A stretch of DNA of 64,000 bases from assembly GCA_000388065.2 (NCBI GenBank), contig KB932209.1. The stretch is one strand, 5' to 3'. Below, one piece after another: positions 25,541-39,775 of this stretch. Source of the DNA: Fonticula alba ATCC 38817. Taxonomy: Eukaryota; Protista; Nucleariida. The notes beneath the pieces are model-generated. The model had not been told where the DNA came from. It saw nothing but the letters and a program-made list of their open reading frames with translations, and did no database searches. Made by a program: the position numbers and the translations under genes. How positions within the stretch are numbered: position 1 is the first letter of the stretch; each line of letters opens with the position of its first letter.

Positions 25541-26828
25541 NNNNNNNNNNNNNNNNNNNNNNNNNNNNNNNNNNNNNNNNNNNNNNNNNNNNNNNNNNNN
25601 NNNNNNNNNNNNNNNNNNNNNNNNNNNNNNNNNNNNNNNNNNNNNNNNNNNNNNNNNNNNNNNNNNNNNNNNNNNNNNNNNNNNNNNNNNNNNNNNNNNN
25701 NNNNNNNNNNNNNNNNNNNNCTCGCACGCACGCACGCACACATACACACATGCGCGCACACATACGCACACACAGAGTGATGCCAGTCGACTGGCGTCTG
25801 GCCGGGGCGCGCCGACGGGGCGCCGCACGCGAGTGGGGCATGGCCCAATCAGCCGGGCCGAGGAGCACGCCACCGTCCTTGGAACGTTGCCGGTAATCAC
25901 TGACACGCAAGCAGGCTTGCTGTCCACATGCGTGTACATCGACACCAGAACAGCACGATAAAACACCAGCCGCGGGCAGATACTCCTCCCTGCCGCGGGC
26001 CACATGCCCCCGCCATCCGACAGCGGCGCGCCCCCGCCCATGAGAGACCGAGGACGAGGAACGCCGTGCCGGGGGTCTCCCGGGACAAGAGCGCGAGCCG
26101 GGGCCGGAACCGGGACCGGGACTAGGGCGGGGGTGCGAGGCATTGTGTCCCACCACCCTGGCTGGTGTCCAGGACAAGAACCGCGGAATAGTGTTTCATC
26201 CCAGCGGGCGTGTGACCTGCATTTTTGCGCGTGATCTCGGGCCCCACCCGCCAATGACACTTCCTGAAAATGGTCCTCCCGCGTTGTGGCGGAAAAAGAG
26301 GACCAGCCAATATTGTAACGCGTAAATATTTTCCCTTTTTGCAGCAGCCGCCCCCGAGGCAGCCCCCAGCTGCTCTTGCCTGCGAAGCCCGGGGAGCCCC
26401 CCCCATTCAAGCCACCAGAGACGGATCGGCCTGGAGAACCGACTAACATGAGAAGCCACTTCGAGAGAAGGGAGCTGCCGAAGCCGGCAGGGGCCCACTT
26501 TGCCAGCAAGGGCTTTCATGCGCATCCCTCCCCACACCCGCCCATCAAATAGAGGCGCCAGGCTGGCGACCCAGATAGTGGATGCGATCTAGATCTCCCC
26601 CCCCCCCCCCCCCACCCCGTCTCTCCCGCCGGTGGTTGTCCGCTCATCTGTCTATCCCTTCCTCCCCCTCCCTCTCCCTCGCAGCCCTCCCTCTTCCACA
26701 TCCCCCTCCCTCTTCCACATCCCCCCCCCCTTCTCCTTGCTGTCTCCCCTCCTCCCCCTGGCCTTCTCGCTCGGCGAGGTGCCCGCCCCCTGCCCTGCCC
26801 TGGCGATCCCCAGGGAGGCTCCCATCCC

Positions 26829-29800
26829 ATGATGGACTCACTGCCGGTGCCCCCGGTCCAGGTGCTGGCCATGTCCTCCCTGCCGGATGTCGGGGGTGCC
26901 TTTGCGCCCATCACCACACACGATGCCGGTGCGTGCTTGCCTGTCTGCCTCCCCCCCCTCCCCCCCCCCTCCCGGCCTCCCGGCCTCCCGGCCACCTCTC
27001 ATGCACTCTGACCACACGTCCATCCAGCCTACTGGGCGCCGGACAGCGAGTATCGCGCCTTTGCGGCCGGGCTCCAGAAAACCCTGGCGGCATTTGACAC
27101 GGCACGCGAGTGGGCCGATCTGTCGGCCTTCGTCCGGCGCCTGAGCCGGCTGCTGCGTGCCTTCCAGCAATCGGTCGCCGCTCGCGGCTGCACCATGGCC
27201 GGGGATCTCCTGCCCGCGGCCGGGGATCTGCTGCTGGTGCTGGACCCGGCGCGTCGCCATTCGACCCATGCCCTCCTCAGTGAGGAGAGCGATCTGGGCC
27301 TGGACCTGGACCCGGGCTCCGGAGCCCCCGCCGGCTGGCTGTCCCTCCGGCCACCGGGGGCGGCGGCGCCCGGCGGCGGGGCTTCCTCCGCCCCGACTGC
27401 CTCCTCCTCTTCCAGCGGCGAGGGGGCCCTGCCCTCGGTGGCCAACGGCGGGGTGGATTCAACCCGGCCGGCATACCCTGGCGCGCCGGTCCCGGACCCG
27501 GTGGGCCTGGCCCGACGCCTAGCCCAGTGTCTGCACCCGGCCCTGCCGAGTGGCGTTCATCTCGAGGCTTTGGCCGCTTACCAGAGCCTCTTCAGCCTCA
27601 TTGGCGTGCGTGTTGGCTGGCTCCCCTTTGCCGGCGGTCCTTTTGCGTCTGCCGATTGGTGTTCACCTCTCTCCCCCCCCCACCCCCCCCCCGTACCTCC
27701 CCTGCGCTTCATTCCTCTGTCCGCTGTTGCTCCGGCACCCCCCCCTCCCCCCCTCATGGCGTAGCCCATTCGTCTGGCGCGCGACCTCGATGTCTGTCTG
27801 TCCGGCTTGTTGGTGACCACGTTGACGGCCGGCGCGCCGCAGCCCGGCGCCGGGGCCCCCTCATCCGGGGCCCCGGCCGGAGCGCGCTTCCTCCCCTCGG
27901 TCCGCGAGTTGGCCGGGCTGGTGCCGCGGGATCGGCTCACCTCGGCCCTGCCAGGCACATTGCTGGCCGGCGTGGGCCAGGTCCTTGGCCGCCATAGCGA
28001 TCCGCACCTGCAGCAGGCCGGCAGCCCGGCCTACGGCGGCGGCGGGGGGTATGGCGGCGTGGCGGCCCACATTCGGCCGCAGTTGGTGCGGATCTTGGGC
28101 TCGGCCGTGCGTGCAAGTCGATCGGTCTACCTGCGCACCCGGCTCCCCGCGAATGCCGGGCCAATGGCGACGACTTCCCCCACGGCGGAGGCCCCCTCCG
28201 ACACGTCTGGCGGCCTGGTGCTGGTGCCGATCGGGGCGGCGGCGCTGCAGGCTGCCTCGGTCGCCCTGACCCTGGCCCTGTTGCCGGGGCTTCTGGAAGA
28301 CGACCTCGTTGGCGAAGACGCGGCCGGAGCGCCGGCTGCCGCGGCAACCGCCGGGCCGGCGACCGGCTCCTCCTCGACGGCTGCCACCCTGCTGGCCGAC
28401 TCGCCGACCCTCTCGGCCCTGGCCAGCTCCGACTCCCCACCTCTCGGGGCCTCGACCAGCATGCATCACCATCCGGCCCCAGGGGCCGGGGATGCACCGG
28501 CCCCCGCCTCGCTCGGGGACCTGTCCTCAGGGATCCTGCTGTCGCTTGTGGCCGCGCAGGCCGAGGTCGAGGCGCACTTTTCTTCGCCGGACACCGGGGG
28601 CGCCGGCCTGGCGGAGCAAGATCGCCAGCTGGATCTCCTGGTTCGGTCGGTCAGTCGGGCCATTGTTGATATTGGCCCGGGCCCGGCGTCCGGGCTGCCC
28701 CTCGGGCCGCGGCTGCTGCCTGCCGTACATGACACCCATGCGCCCGGGCCGGCTGGCGGCCTGTGTGGCTGTCTGCCAGCCGGGGCGGCCTGGGTGGCTG
28801 CGCCACATGGAGCGGGCCCGGGATCGGGTGGAGCCGGTGCCGGCGCCCTCCGCCTTGCCGGGCTGACCTTCCTGAGGGAGCAATTGCCCGAGGCCACCAA
28901 GCCACTTCCGATGTCTGAACCTGCCCGAGGTGCCCTGTTAACCGCCGTCAAGACTGCCCTCCTGGGGTCGGTGCCCCACTCGGCCATCGGCTTCACGTGC
29001 TATGTTCTGCCGCCGGCGGCCGCCGGGCAGGTGCACGCGCATCTTCGCGCTGCGGCCCGGCCGCCGGCCGATTTGGCGTCCATGCTGAGCTTGACCGAGT
29101 GGCCGAGCTTGGCGGCCGCCCCGCGCGGGTCTGTCCACGGGTACCGCAATCCGGATGTCGGCCCGGCCGGGCGTCTGAAGGCTCCGCCCCCGGTGATGTC
29201 TCGCCCGGTCGGGGACGATGCGTCTCTCGTCACCCGCGCCGCATTGGACCTCATGTGTGACAAGCTGCCGTGGGACTGCCACGGTCAGGGGTGCGCTCGC
29301 AAGCCCGCGCGTTGCGCGCGTACACACACGCATGTGTGTGTGTGTGTGTTTGTGTCTTCGTGTTGGTGTTGTCCCCTCATCCACACCACCATGTTATTTT
29401 CCCTGGTTCGACTGCATTTAACCCCCTCCCCTTCCCCCTTGTCCCTCCTCCGGCTGTCTCTTCCCTCGCGTCGACATTTTCCCTCCCTCCATGCTGCCTC
29501 TGTGGTGCTCGGGCCTCTGGGGGCCTGGGCACACCCAGTCCCGAGAGAGCCGAGACGGGGTGGCTGGAGCTGGCTGCCTGCGCGGTGGCCGGCGTCCTGT
29601 ATGAGTGCTTTGCCCTTTTCAACAGCGCGGTCCTGTGCTGCTTCCAGCCAGCCCGGTCCCTGGACAAGGGCCAAGCCTTTCGCTGGGACGATCGCCCCCC
29701 GGCGGACTTCACCCTGTGGCGTGTGGTCACCGGGCGCGGCGACCCCAGCCCCGGTGGCCCGGGGCAACTCACCCCTGGCGACCCGCTATTCGATCGGCCC

Positions 29801-32247
29801 GTGTCGGCCGAGTGCATCCGCGGGGCTGCCATCTGTTGGGAAGTAGGCGCCTCCCCGGCTGTCACCCTTCCTCCCGATAGTTTGGCCCTCTTCCGGCGGC
29901 TATTCACCTGGCTGGACTCCTGTGCACACTGTGCCGCCGGGCCGGGGGCCGAGCATCGATCCCCCCCGGGCCCCTGTGGTGGCCAGCTGGTGGCCTTGCT
30001 TCTGCGGGTGCGTGGCCCATTGCTCCGCCTCTTTTCTGTCTTCTGCCCCCCCCCCCCCACACACACACACACTTGTCGCTTCACGCCCATTTCACCTGGC
30101 CGTACCTGACAGCCGAGGTCCGGCTCTGCCCCATGTAGCGCCTCGCCTCGCCCGCGGCTCGGGCTCGTCTCGCCCTGTTGCTGTCCTTCCTTCCCTCCTT
30201 GGCGCCGCAGCAGCTGCAGCGCCAGCAGCAGCAGCTGCAGCAGCAGCAGCAGCCGGACTCCCCGGTCCAAGAAGCGGCCCTCGCTTCGGGGTCCGCCGTT
30301 GAGTCGCCCTTCGAGAAGTCCGTTCAGCGGGTGTGCCTCTCGGCCCTGGTGGCTGAGGCCCCGGCGCTCACACGCAGCCTCCGTGTTCACTGTACACCGG
30401 CCGATCCGACCGCACTGAGCTATTCCTGGGAGCTGGTACGCGCCCGCATCGGCTCACGCTGTCCTCACCACACGCCCCCCCCCCCCCCCCCCCCCCCCCC
30501 CCTCAACCCTTCACATCGCTCTTGCACCTGCTGACGCATCGGTCTCCGGCCCAGATGCATGGTCGTCTGGCCCTTGGCGGCATGCTCACCCGGCTGGCCT
30601 TGCATGTTGGCTGGCCCGCGGCGCTGGGATTGCCTCCGCTGGCCCCTGGTCCCGAGGGGCTGGAGCAGCTTCGCCAGACCTGTCTAGATTTGCTCTTCTT
30701 GGCGGACATTCTCGCACCGCACGGTGCCACCGGACGCGACGACCAGAATTTCCTCCTGACCCTGTTGGACTTCGTGGCTGGTGTCTTGGCCATGGTGCGC
30801 GCGCGCACGCACGCACGCTCCTCTCCGCATGCGGGTCTCGGCCCATCTGTCTCTATTGCCATCCGTCACGCCGGGATGTCACACACGCCCACTCACCTGG
30901 TTGCCTCGCTTCCATTCCCCTTTGTGTCCTTGCCCCGTCTTAGCTGGCCGAGAGTACCGACCTCAGTCCTGAAGGATTGGACTTGCTCAGGCTGCTGGGG
31001 TTCCTGGCCCGGCGAGGTGTGGAAGCCGCTGTCCCGGCGCCGCCCGGGGGTCAGTCTGGCCTTCCAGGTCGTGATCCACTGCCGGCGTCTTTGGCCCGGC
31101 GGCTGGTGCTCGCCACCGGACACCTGCTTGGCCGGCATGCGGATCTGGCCACCAAGAGGGGCTTTTGCGCGAGTATGATGAATTTCCTGCTGGCGGCCGT
31201 GCGCATGTCCACGGTCCCAAGCTCCTCCGGCGGTTGTGCCTTCTGCCATGTGGGCGGGTCGGCCGAGCGATGCCTGCTGGCTGTGATGTTGGATTTCCTC
31301 CAGGCACCCGGCACTTGGGAGAGCCCCGGCAACCCGCTTGACACGGAGCATGGGGCCGACCCGCGGCTTTTGCTGCGCTTGTGGATCTTGCGCTTTGTGG
31401 CCACTCGGCAGCCGGCCTGCTCGGTGGCCATCGGTGATATGCCGGCCACGGTGCTATCGGAGAATCTGGTCCGAGCCCTGGTCCGAACGGTACGCGGATC
31501 TTCCCCTGTCCTTGGGCGGGCCCATCATGCTTCGACTTGACTGCATGGCACTGACCACCGGCGGCCGCCGACGGCATGTTCACAGTGTTGGCCTCTATTT
31601 GGAGCGGGTGGCGAGGCCGCCCAGGTGGAGCTGATGGCCGGCGAGGTGGTTGCATCGCTGCAGTTGGTTGACACTCACCGGGCCCTGGTCGGACTGGACC
31701 AGCCGGCGGCCGGGGGCCTCCTTGCCTCGGCCTTGGACCGGGAGCTGATCGACCTCTTCTCGATGGAGGCCGCATGCTCGGGACCTGGGGGGCATTTTGT
31801 CTCGCTGGCCCACCTGCGGCTGTGTCGGTTCCTGGATTTCCTGGCGCCAGATCGCACAAGCCACGCGGACAGCCTGGCCTTGCCGATGCCGGCGCAGTGT
31901 CTCTTCCTGCTGGCTGGCACCGCTCGCGGGTGTCCGTGCGTGTGCTGCCCGCCGGGCCCGGCTGGCGGGGACGGCCCCCCGGCCGCGGATCCCCGACACT
32001 TCTCCGAGCGGCAGATCTGTGCCGATACGCTGGACCGCTTCCTGTTCGGGCAGCTCACCCACCCGGCGGCCCTGCTTCAACACAGGTACGTGACGTATGG
32101 CGGGGCACTTGGCCCTGTGTTGGGACATGTGTCCGCTTCTCTCTTCCACAATCCGACCTCCTTGGGTCCTGCACATATGCGTGCGCGCGCGCGCGCAAGT
32201 CCACCCACCCACCCACACCCACACACACATACCCACACCCACACCCA

Positions 32248-32315
<68 letters not shown>

Positions 32316-35300
32316 CAACTGTGCCGGCACGAGGCACATGGCAATCCACACTTGTCGCCCTTCGCCCTCTGACACTCTCATCCTTTCAGCGTGATGGGGA
32401 CCATCTGTGAGGTGCTACTTAGCTCGGCTCCCGGGCCCGGGGCTGGCCCTGGCGGCGGGCAAATTGACACGGCTCGAGCGGCCTTCTCGCTGGACCTCCT
32501 GGGATGGCTGCTTGCCTGCGACCGTCGAGGCCGAGGAACTGTGGCACAACTACGCGCTGGGGTTCCCTCCGAGCATGGGTCCTCCCTCGGCCCGGACGCG
32601 GTACTCTTCGACCAGGTGGTGGAGTGTCTCTGGCGGTGCGTGTGTGCCGCCTGCTGCTTGCTTGCCTGTCCTTGTGTGCCCTTTCCGCCGCTGTCGGCCT
32701 GCTGAGCCCGCTGCTTGTACTATTCTGTGCTGGGCTGGCCCTTTCACTCGGTGGCTGATCCTCCGTCCCCCCTCCCCCCCCCCCCCCCCTCCCTCCCTCC
32801 GTCCGGCTCTGCATTCGGCTCTCCTTCCCCTCTTCCATGGGCCAGTCTCACCTTTTTCCTCTCCCCGACGCCTGGGGCGGAGGATGCGGCGCACTCAGAT
32901 GGCGGAGAGGCGCCGCGCATCCCGGCCGGTGTACAGCTGGCTGCCAGTGAGGCTCTCCGGCGCCTGCTGGCCTTGACTTCCGGCCGTAGCCCTCATGGTA
33001 CCTCCGGCTCCCGGGCTTCCAGCGTGCCGGCCACCAGCCGTCGTCTGTTGGCCGTGCGCTCGCTCAAGGCCCTGGCATCGTCGTTTGCCGTGTCGCAAGC
33101 GGCCGTCACCCAGGGGGCCGGGCCCGGTGGCGCCGAGGATGACCGGCTTCTTGCGTCGCACCTGGTGCTGCACCTGCAACTGGTGGACTTGCTTCCGGCG
33201 CGGGCGCCCGGCAAGTTGCATGGCCGCTTGCCGGGCCCGGTGACCGACACCGGGTCCACCCTGCCACTGTGGTACTTCCTGTCCGTGTGTTCGGTGGTGC
33301 GCCGGGTACTGACCGGCCCGGGGGCGGCCTTCTTCGCGGCCGTGCGCGCCGGGGAAGCCCCCTGCCCGGCGCTGCTCAGCCGGTGCCTGCTTCAGCGGGC
33401 CCTCTGGAGCGCCTTGCTACTGCTCATCGAGGGGCGCCTGGTGGCAGCACACCAAATGAGCCTGACCCATATTGCCCCAGTGGAGGTGACCCTCGGGGCC
33501 GATGTCCAGGGGTTGTTGGATCTCCTGCGGGCATGCTCCCTGTCTGGGGGCGATGTCAGTGGGTGAGTGTCCTTCTTCCCTTGCCTTTGCTTTATTTGCC
33601 TTTGCGTTGCTTCTCGCCTCTGGTGCCTGTCTCCTGGTGGCCATTTGCCCGGCCCGAGCCTGACCCCATGTGCTTCATCTTTGCCACAAGTCCCGGGCTG
33701 GTTTTGGTCCTGGCAGTGCGGACCATGTCATTGCTGCATCGGATCGGCGGCCAGCTGCATGGGCCGGCCCGGCGGTCGGGCGGCTCGCCCGGCACCGGAG
33801 GCCCGCTGGACCTGGCCGGCCGGGGCTCCCCCTTTGACGCCATCATCGCCCTGGCCTGGGCCGACCGGGTGGGCCGGTTGTCGGACCATGTGTCCGACGC
33901 GGGGGACTTCCTCGGGGGCCTGTGCACGCTTTTGGAGGGTGCCTTCGCCGGGCGCCCGGCCCCTCCTCGGACTTTGGACCCTGGCCGGCAGGCGGTCTTC
34001 TCCCAGCACCTGGGCCTGTGCGTTGGCCTCTGCTGCTCCCCTTTTCGCTTCCTCCCGGCTGCCCTGGCTCTGGCCCGGCTGGCATGATGGTCTCTCGCTC
34101 TAGCTCTCTCTCTCTCTCTCTCGGTCATTCCTACCCACTCACATACCCTCCCCCCCCCCCCCATTTCCCTTTTTCGCCCCCTCCTCCGCCCACCCTCCAA
34201 AGCATCCTGGACTTGGTTCCCTTCTTCATGTTGTCGATCCCGGCGCAACAGGCCCCGGCCCGGCGACGCGTGCTCTTCACCCTCGCCGGGCTGCTGGCGG
34301 TGGATGGGCAGTTGCTACTCCGGTCTTTGACATTGAACATGCGTGCGCGGCTCCTGGTGGCCGCCCTCCGGCCCCCGGTGGAGCAGGCTGCTCGGCTGCC
34401 GGAGGATTTCATTTGCGACCCGGCCACCCGGGCGCACAGTTGGATTCTCTGCTGGCTGACGAGCATGGCCCCAGTGACCGATGGTCGGCCGCATGCATGT
34501 GGCCGGGCCCTTGGGTTTGGGTCTCTCTTTGGTCCGCTGGTCGAGGGTGTGGGCACGCTGCTGCTCCTCCTCCGGCAGAGTCTTCTCCTGCCGGTGGGCT
34601 CGGCCGGCCCGGCCGAGCCACGGTCGGATGCCCTGGCCGGATCTCCGGGCTCGGATCGGGGCCTGACCACCTCGGGCCCGGTGCCAGCCTCGGCCGGCGT
34701 GGCCGACGCCCTGGGCGACAAGCCCGATGCCCCGGGGCCCGGCTGGGATGAGGCTCTGGCTACCGAGATCATCAGTGCCCTGGTGGCCCTGTGCAGTCAT
34801 CTGTCCTCGTTGGCGGTGTTGGCCCGGGGCCATCCCCTGCGCCAGGCCTTCCCCGGGTACAGTCTGCCGCTGGAATACCTGGCCCGGCCACTGGAGGCCG
34901 CCCCGGTGGAAGTGGCGATGCTGCTTCGGGAGCCGGGTCGTCTGCGTGGCCGCGGCGGGATGGCCACCAGTGGTCTCGGCCCCTTCGGCCGGCTGGGGCC
35001 CGATACCTCGGGCCTGGGGGCCTTGCTCCTTGTGGTGCAGACTTTGAGCATGGACCTGGCCGAGGCGGCACAGCGGCCGGTGGACACGGCGATCTTGCGC
35101 CGACGCCGGAATCCGAGCACTGCCGCCGGGGCACTCGCCACCGGGCCGGCTGCCATTGAGGCCCTGTGTCTGGAGGCCGGGCAGTTGGACCATCGGCCGC
35201 GTTTGGCCCTGGCCTGCTGGCTGTCCTTCCTCTCGGGTGTCCATCGGCTGGCGCGTGAGTGGGATGCGGCGGTGCCGGTGGAGCTGGCACTCTTCGCCGC

Positions 35301-38127
35301 GGCCGGCACACTGCCTCCGGGGCCCGATGGATCCCGCCGACCGGGCGAGCCCATCGCCGGCGCTCGGCCACTGTCGCAACTGGACGCCTGGCGCGGTGCC
35401 CGAGGCGGCGGCCGCTGTCCGGATGGTACGTGCCTTCCCGCCGGCGCCGGGCCCCTCGGGGCAAATCGACCAGGCCCGGCGTCCGGCTGGCCGGCGGATG
35501 ATCTGCCATCCGACGTGTGCGGTGCCGCCGGGCTGAATCAAGGAGCCGACTCGGGCGCCTCTGGCGATGATGACCCCGCCGGGGTTGCGACGCCGGGCGC
35601 CGATGCCGCCGATACCCCGGCCGGCCCTGCTGGCATCCCGTCCAGCAGTGCCGGCGCTCCAGCATCCATGGAGAAGGGCCTGCCTGGTGCAGGCGCCGGT
35701 GCCGGTGCTGGTGTTGGTGCCGGCTCCGGCCGGCGCTTGGCCACCCTCATCTCAGACCCCTATCAGGCCTGCCTGGAGGCCCTGGTGACGTTGGCTTGCC
35801 GACGGAATGACCGCGTTAGCTGGCTCCGCCGGCGTCTTTTCCCCAGCTCGGCCAATTTACACGGCCTGGCAGCTGGCGAGGGGGAGCCTGCCTTGGCAGG
35901 TCCGACGGCCGGGGTCCCCTCTCGGCCGCCCTCGCCGGTGCCCGATGGGCCGCACCTTGAGGGTGATCCCCATCGGCCGGCCATTGGCCACTCGACCCTC
36001 AGTCCCGAGCAGCTGGCCGAGGCAACCTTCTTCTTCGGGGCGCACGGCGTGGCCGTGGCCTCGCGCTGTGCGGTCGAACGCGAGGGCGCCATCCAGACGG
36101 CGGTATGTGGCCTCGGGTGGGATTTCGGCACTTGCGCGCGTGGGCCCTGCCTTTGGCCTCTTACTGACTCTCCTCCGGCTATGGTGCTGCTTTCCGGTCA
36201 CCGGCCTGCCACCCCCTCGCCACCCCCGGCCTCCGGCATGGCCTCGGCCCGGTGCAGATCCTCTTCTGCCTGGCCAACGAGCTGCCGGCCATCTCGCGCT
36301 TGGTGTTGGACGACCCGTCCAAGGTGGCCGACTTGACGGCGGACCTGGTGCAAAATTGCATCCTTCCTGGCTACCTACGGGCGGTGTGGCATGAAGGCGG
36401 CGACCATGGGCCGAACCAGGGGTTCGCCGGGGCCGAGCCCACCGGACCCGAGTCCGCCGGACCCGGCGGCCTGCTGGGCGTTCCTCGGCGAATGACCGCC
36501 GCGCATCGGTCCCTGGCGCTGCGCTACCGCAGCGCCCCGGCGCTGCAGCTCGCCTCGCCCCATGGCCATGCAGTGGTTTCCCTGCTGTCATCCATCAGCC
36601 GGGTGTCTTACCTGTCGCAGTGCGTCGGCCCTTCAGCTGGTGTGGCTGCCTCCGTGCCCGAGTCGGCGTTTACCTTGCTTGCCTTTGTCCTACCCCCGCC
36701 CCCGCCCCTCTCCCTGTTCTTCGCCATGCCCTCCGCCCATTCGCCCTGCTGACTACCGCCTTTGCACTCCGCCCCACGTAGGGTCTGGAGCCGAGAGGTG
36801 TGGGACTTCTTCCGGTCGAGGCACTTCTTCCTGAGTGTGCCCTTCTCGCCGATGGCCGACATGCCGGGCAGCGACGCGGCGGATTCCGTGGCACGGCTCT
36901 CACTGCCGGCCTGGAAGCGCATCGTCCCGCTGGCCTCGGTGATGGCCCACCCGACCGGGCGCTGGTGGGAGGCCCTCAGCCCGTTCCACCATCCGACAGG
37001 CCTGAGCCCGGAGCCGGCTGACGAGACGGCCTTCTGGAATCGCATTGTCTTCTTGCTGGACTCGGCCGGCGCCGACGCGGCATACTTGTCCGGGTCTGGC
37101 GAGCTCCTGGAGGAGGTCTTCCACGCGGCGGCCGCCCATGGGGCCAAGACTCGCCCGAATGGCGGCGGGGCCAGCGCCACCTGCCAGTGGCTGTTCAGCC
37201 TGGGCGAGCCGCTCCCGGGCTTGTGCAGCCCGCACCTGCCCGCCGCCGTGGGGTCCCTCCATGCGGCCTTGCCCATCCTGCAGGAGAAGCTCGTTACCCG
37301 CATTCGCCGCGTGGGCTTGCTAGACAGCCAGGGGTTGATTGCCCCGGCCGGTGCTCCGCTCGGGTCGGTGCTTCCTCTGCGCCCTGGTCTTGGAACACAT
37401 GCTGGTGGTGATGCCAGCCCTCCCTGTCCCGAGGGGGAGGCATCGGCAACCATCCCCACAAGTCACCTCCTGGCTCGGCTGCCGGTGATCGACACTGTGG
37501 CTTGGCTGGAAGCGCCGCTGGCGCCGGCCGAGCGCGCTGGCCGGGATCTCTTCCTCATTTGCCGGGCGCTTGTTCAGGCATTCCCGGCTGACCGGCAGCT
37601 GGCTGTCCTCTGGCCGACGGTGTTCTCGCAGCTGGTGCGCTTTTCCTCCCTCCCGGGCACTGCCATCCCCTCTGCCCGCATCCTGTCTTTCTCTCTGTCC
37701 CTCTGTCTTTCTCTCTGTCCCTCTGTCTTTCTCCCTCTCCCTCGGTCTCTCTCTCTCTCTCTTTTTGTCTCCTTACCTGCTTCCCCTGCCCTTGCTTGGT
37801 CTCCTGGCGACTGCTGCGCCCCCGGCATAGGTTCACTTCCTGTCATTGCCAGAGCCCCTGGCATCTGGAGGGGGCATCCCGCAGGTGATCGTGGCCGCGG
37901 CCGTGCTAGTTCTGCGAGCCGGTACCCAGCGGGTGGCCGATCGCGAGCACGGCGGTGCGGTTCTCTTCCAGCTTCTGAACCACCATACCTTCATCCGGGA
38001 GGTACCCTGGCCTGCCGGGCTGGCCCAGATCCCGCCTGGAGTTGGCCTGGCCCCCGGGGCCGAAGTTGGCGCGGGGTTGCTGCTGCGCTGGCTGCGCGCG
38101 GCTCTGCGCCCAGGCGGGGCTCCATAG
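26829..38127 (+). CDS. DOP1: Dopey family protein (endosome/Golgi trafficking, Mon2 partner); about 14 exons
   Basis: Exon 1 26829-26928 joins 27028 to give [34 protein letters not shown], then [31 protein letters not shown] and [13 protein letters not shown] (Dopey_N). Long helical middle region. C-terminal [16 protein letters not shown] and LWPTVFSQL fit Dopey C-terminal blocks. Start codon and some internal splice sites are approximate. Confidence 0.85.
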
Positions 38128-38532
38128 ACCGTGGATCCATTTTTCCCCACTCCCTTTCTCTGCTTCCGGCCTGCTTGTACATCGGCGCGCTCCCGTGCAA
38201 ACACGCACACACATGCACACAGGCACACATGTCTCTATATACCTTCCCCCCCCCTCCCTCCTCCTCCTCTTGCTGCCCCACCAGATGTGCACTGATTGGC
38301 CCATGGCGCGCAGGGATCCGTACAGGACTTTCGGGAAGAGGTGGACACCACAGGGGGAGGAAGGCTGGAGGAGAGCCGAGAAAGGGCAGGCCAGCCGGGA
38401 AGGGGGACCAGCAAAGGAGCCGACTGGGCAAGGTCCGGGTGGGCCCTTGGTGGGTGTCAGTTCTTCGGGCTCTTGCTCCTTCGTTCCCCGTTCTGACTCT
38501 ACCTTACAACGCCTTGGCCCTCTGCTGCCCGT

Positions 38533-39416
38533 CTATTTGATGACCAGATCGCGCCAGTGGGCATCCGGTATGAGGCCGGCCCGGCCGAACTCCCGCACCA
38601 GCAGGGCAATCGGGGCCAATTCGCGGCGCTCAATCAGGTCGAAGTACAGCAAGAAGCATACCAGGTGCACGGTCAGGGTATTGATGTGGGCCACCAGGCC
38701 TCGGCCGTGGAGCACGGGAAAGTGCGCGTGGTACGTGTGCGCCAGGCACCTGAGGAGGCGCTTGAGTCCAGGCCGGGCCACAGCCGAGGTGAAGGTGGCC
38801 GGAACCGGGGACCCGGCCTCCGTCGGGCAGAGGGAACGGTCCTGCAGCTGGGCCGCCATGGCGGTCAGGGTGAAGTCGATGTACTGCGGAGCCGACACGC
38901 GGGAAACCTTGCGATCGGGATCGGCCCAAAGGTACTCGTAGCTAGGAGGCGAAGGCAAGGTCAATTGGACGGGCCGGTAGAGACACCTAAAGAGCCGGGG
39001 GGGGGGGGGGGGAGAGGGGCCGCAAATGGAGGAGCCCGTACCACTCGCCGGCCATCATCAGTGGGCAGCTTTTAGTCGTGCACTGGTCGTTGACGGCACT
39101 CAAAATGATGTTGGTGTTTTGGAAGAAGTCGAAAAAGTTGGAGGCAATCCACTCCGGCATGTCGACATACTTCGGCTGGGTGACCAGGCTCAGGAGGCTT
39201 CCGCTGACGAGAACCGTATGCGCATGAGGAGCCCGGCAGAAGATCGGACCTGGTCCAGGCTCGGTCTGCTGCTCGAGCAGGGCCAGCGGGGTGATGGTCG
39301 AGGTGGGGAGAGACGGTGGGGCGTGAGGGGTGTGGTAGTGCCCGGAGTAGGCGTTGCTCTGAGGCGTTTGCTGCTGCTGCTGGTGGTGCTGCTGCTGGTG
39401 CTGCTGCTGGTGCTGG

Positions 39417-39511
<95 letters not shown>

Positions 39512-39730
39512 TTGTGAGTGTGTTGACTGGAGAGGATTGGGGTTGGAGAAAAAGGGATGCGACACAAGGGCGGCCTCAGTAGCGGGGGGTTGCTGCTGGT
39601 GGTGCTGCGAGGGGGGATGCTATTGCGCCAGCAAGGGCAGCCGACGGGGGGAGGCCAAGGAGCAAGGTTATGCCAGAACGCCAACCGAGTGAGTCAGGGA
39701 GAGTGTGTGTGTGCGCGCGCGAAAGGGAGG

Positions 39731-39775
<45 letters not shown>

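Noticed and set aside
26215-26304. ATTTTTG Sm-like word plus hairpin GGTCCTC..GAGGACC as a possible snRNA/snoRNA
   Set aside because: No U1, U2, U4, U5 or U6 signature sequence nearby, and such short stems are expected by chance. An Infernal scan would be needed.
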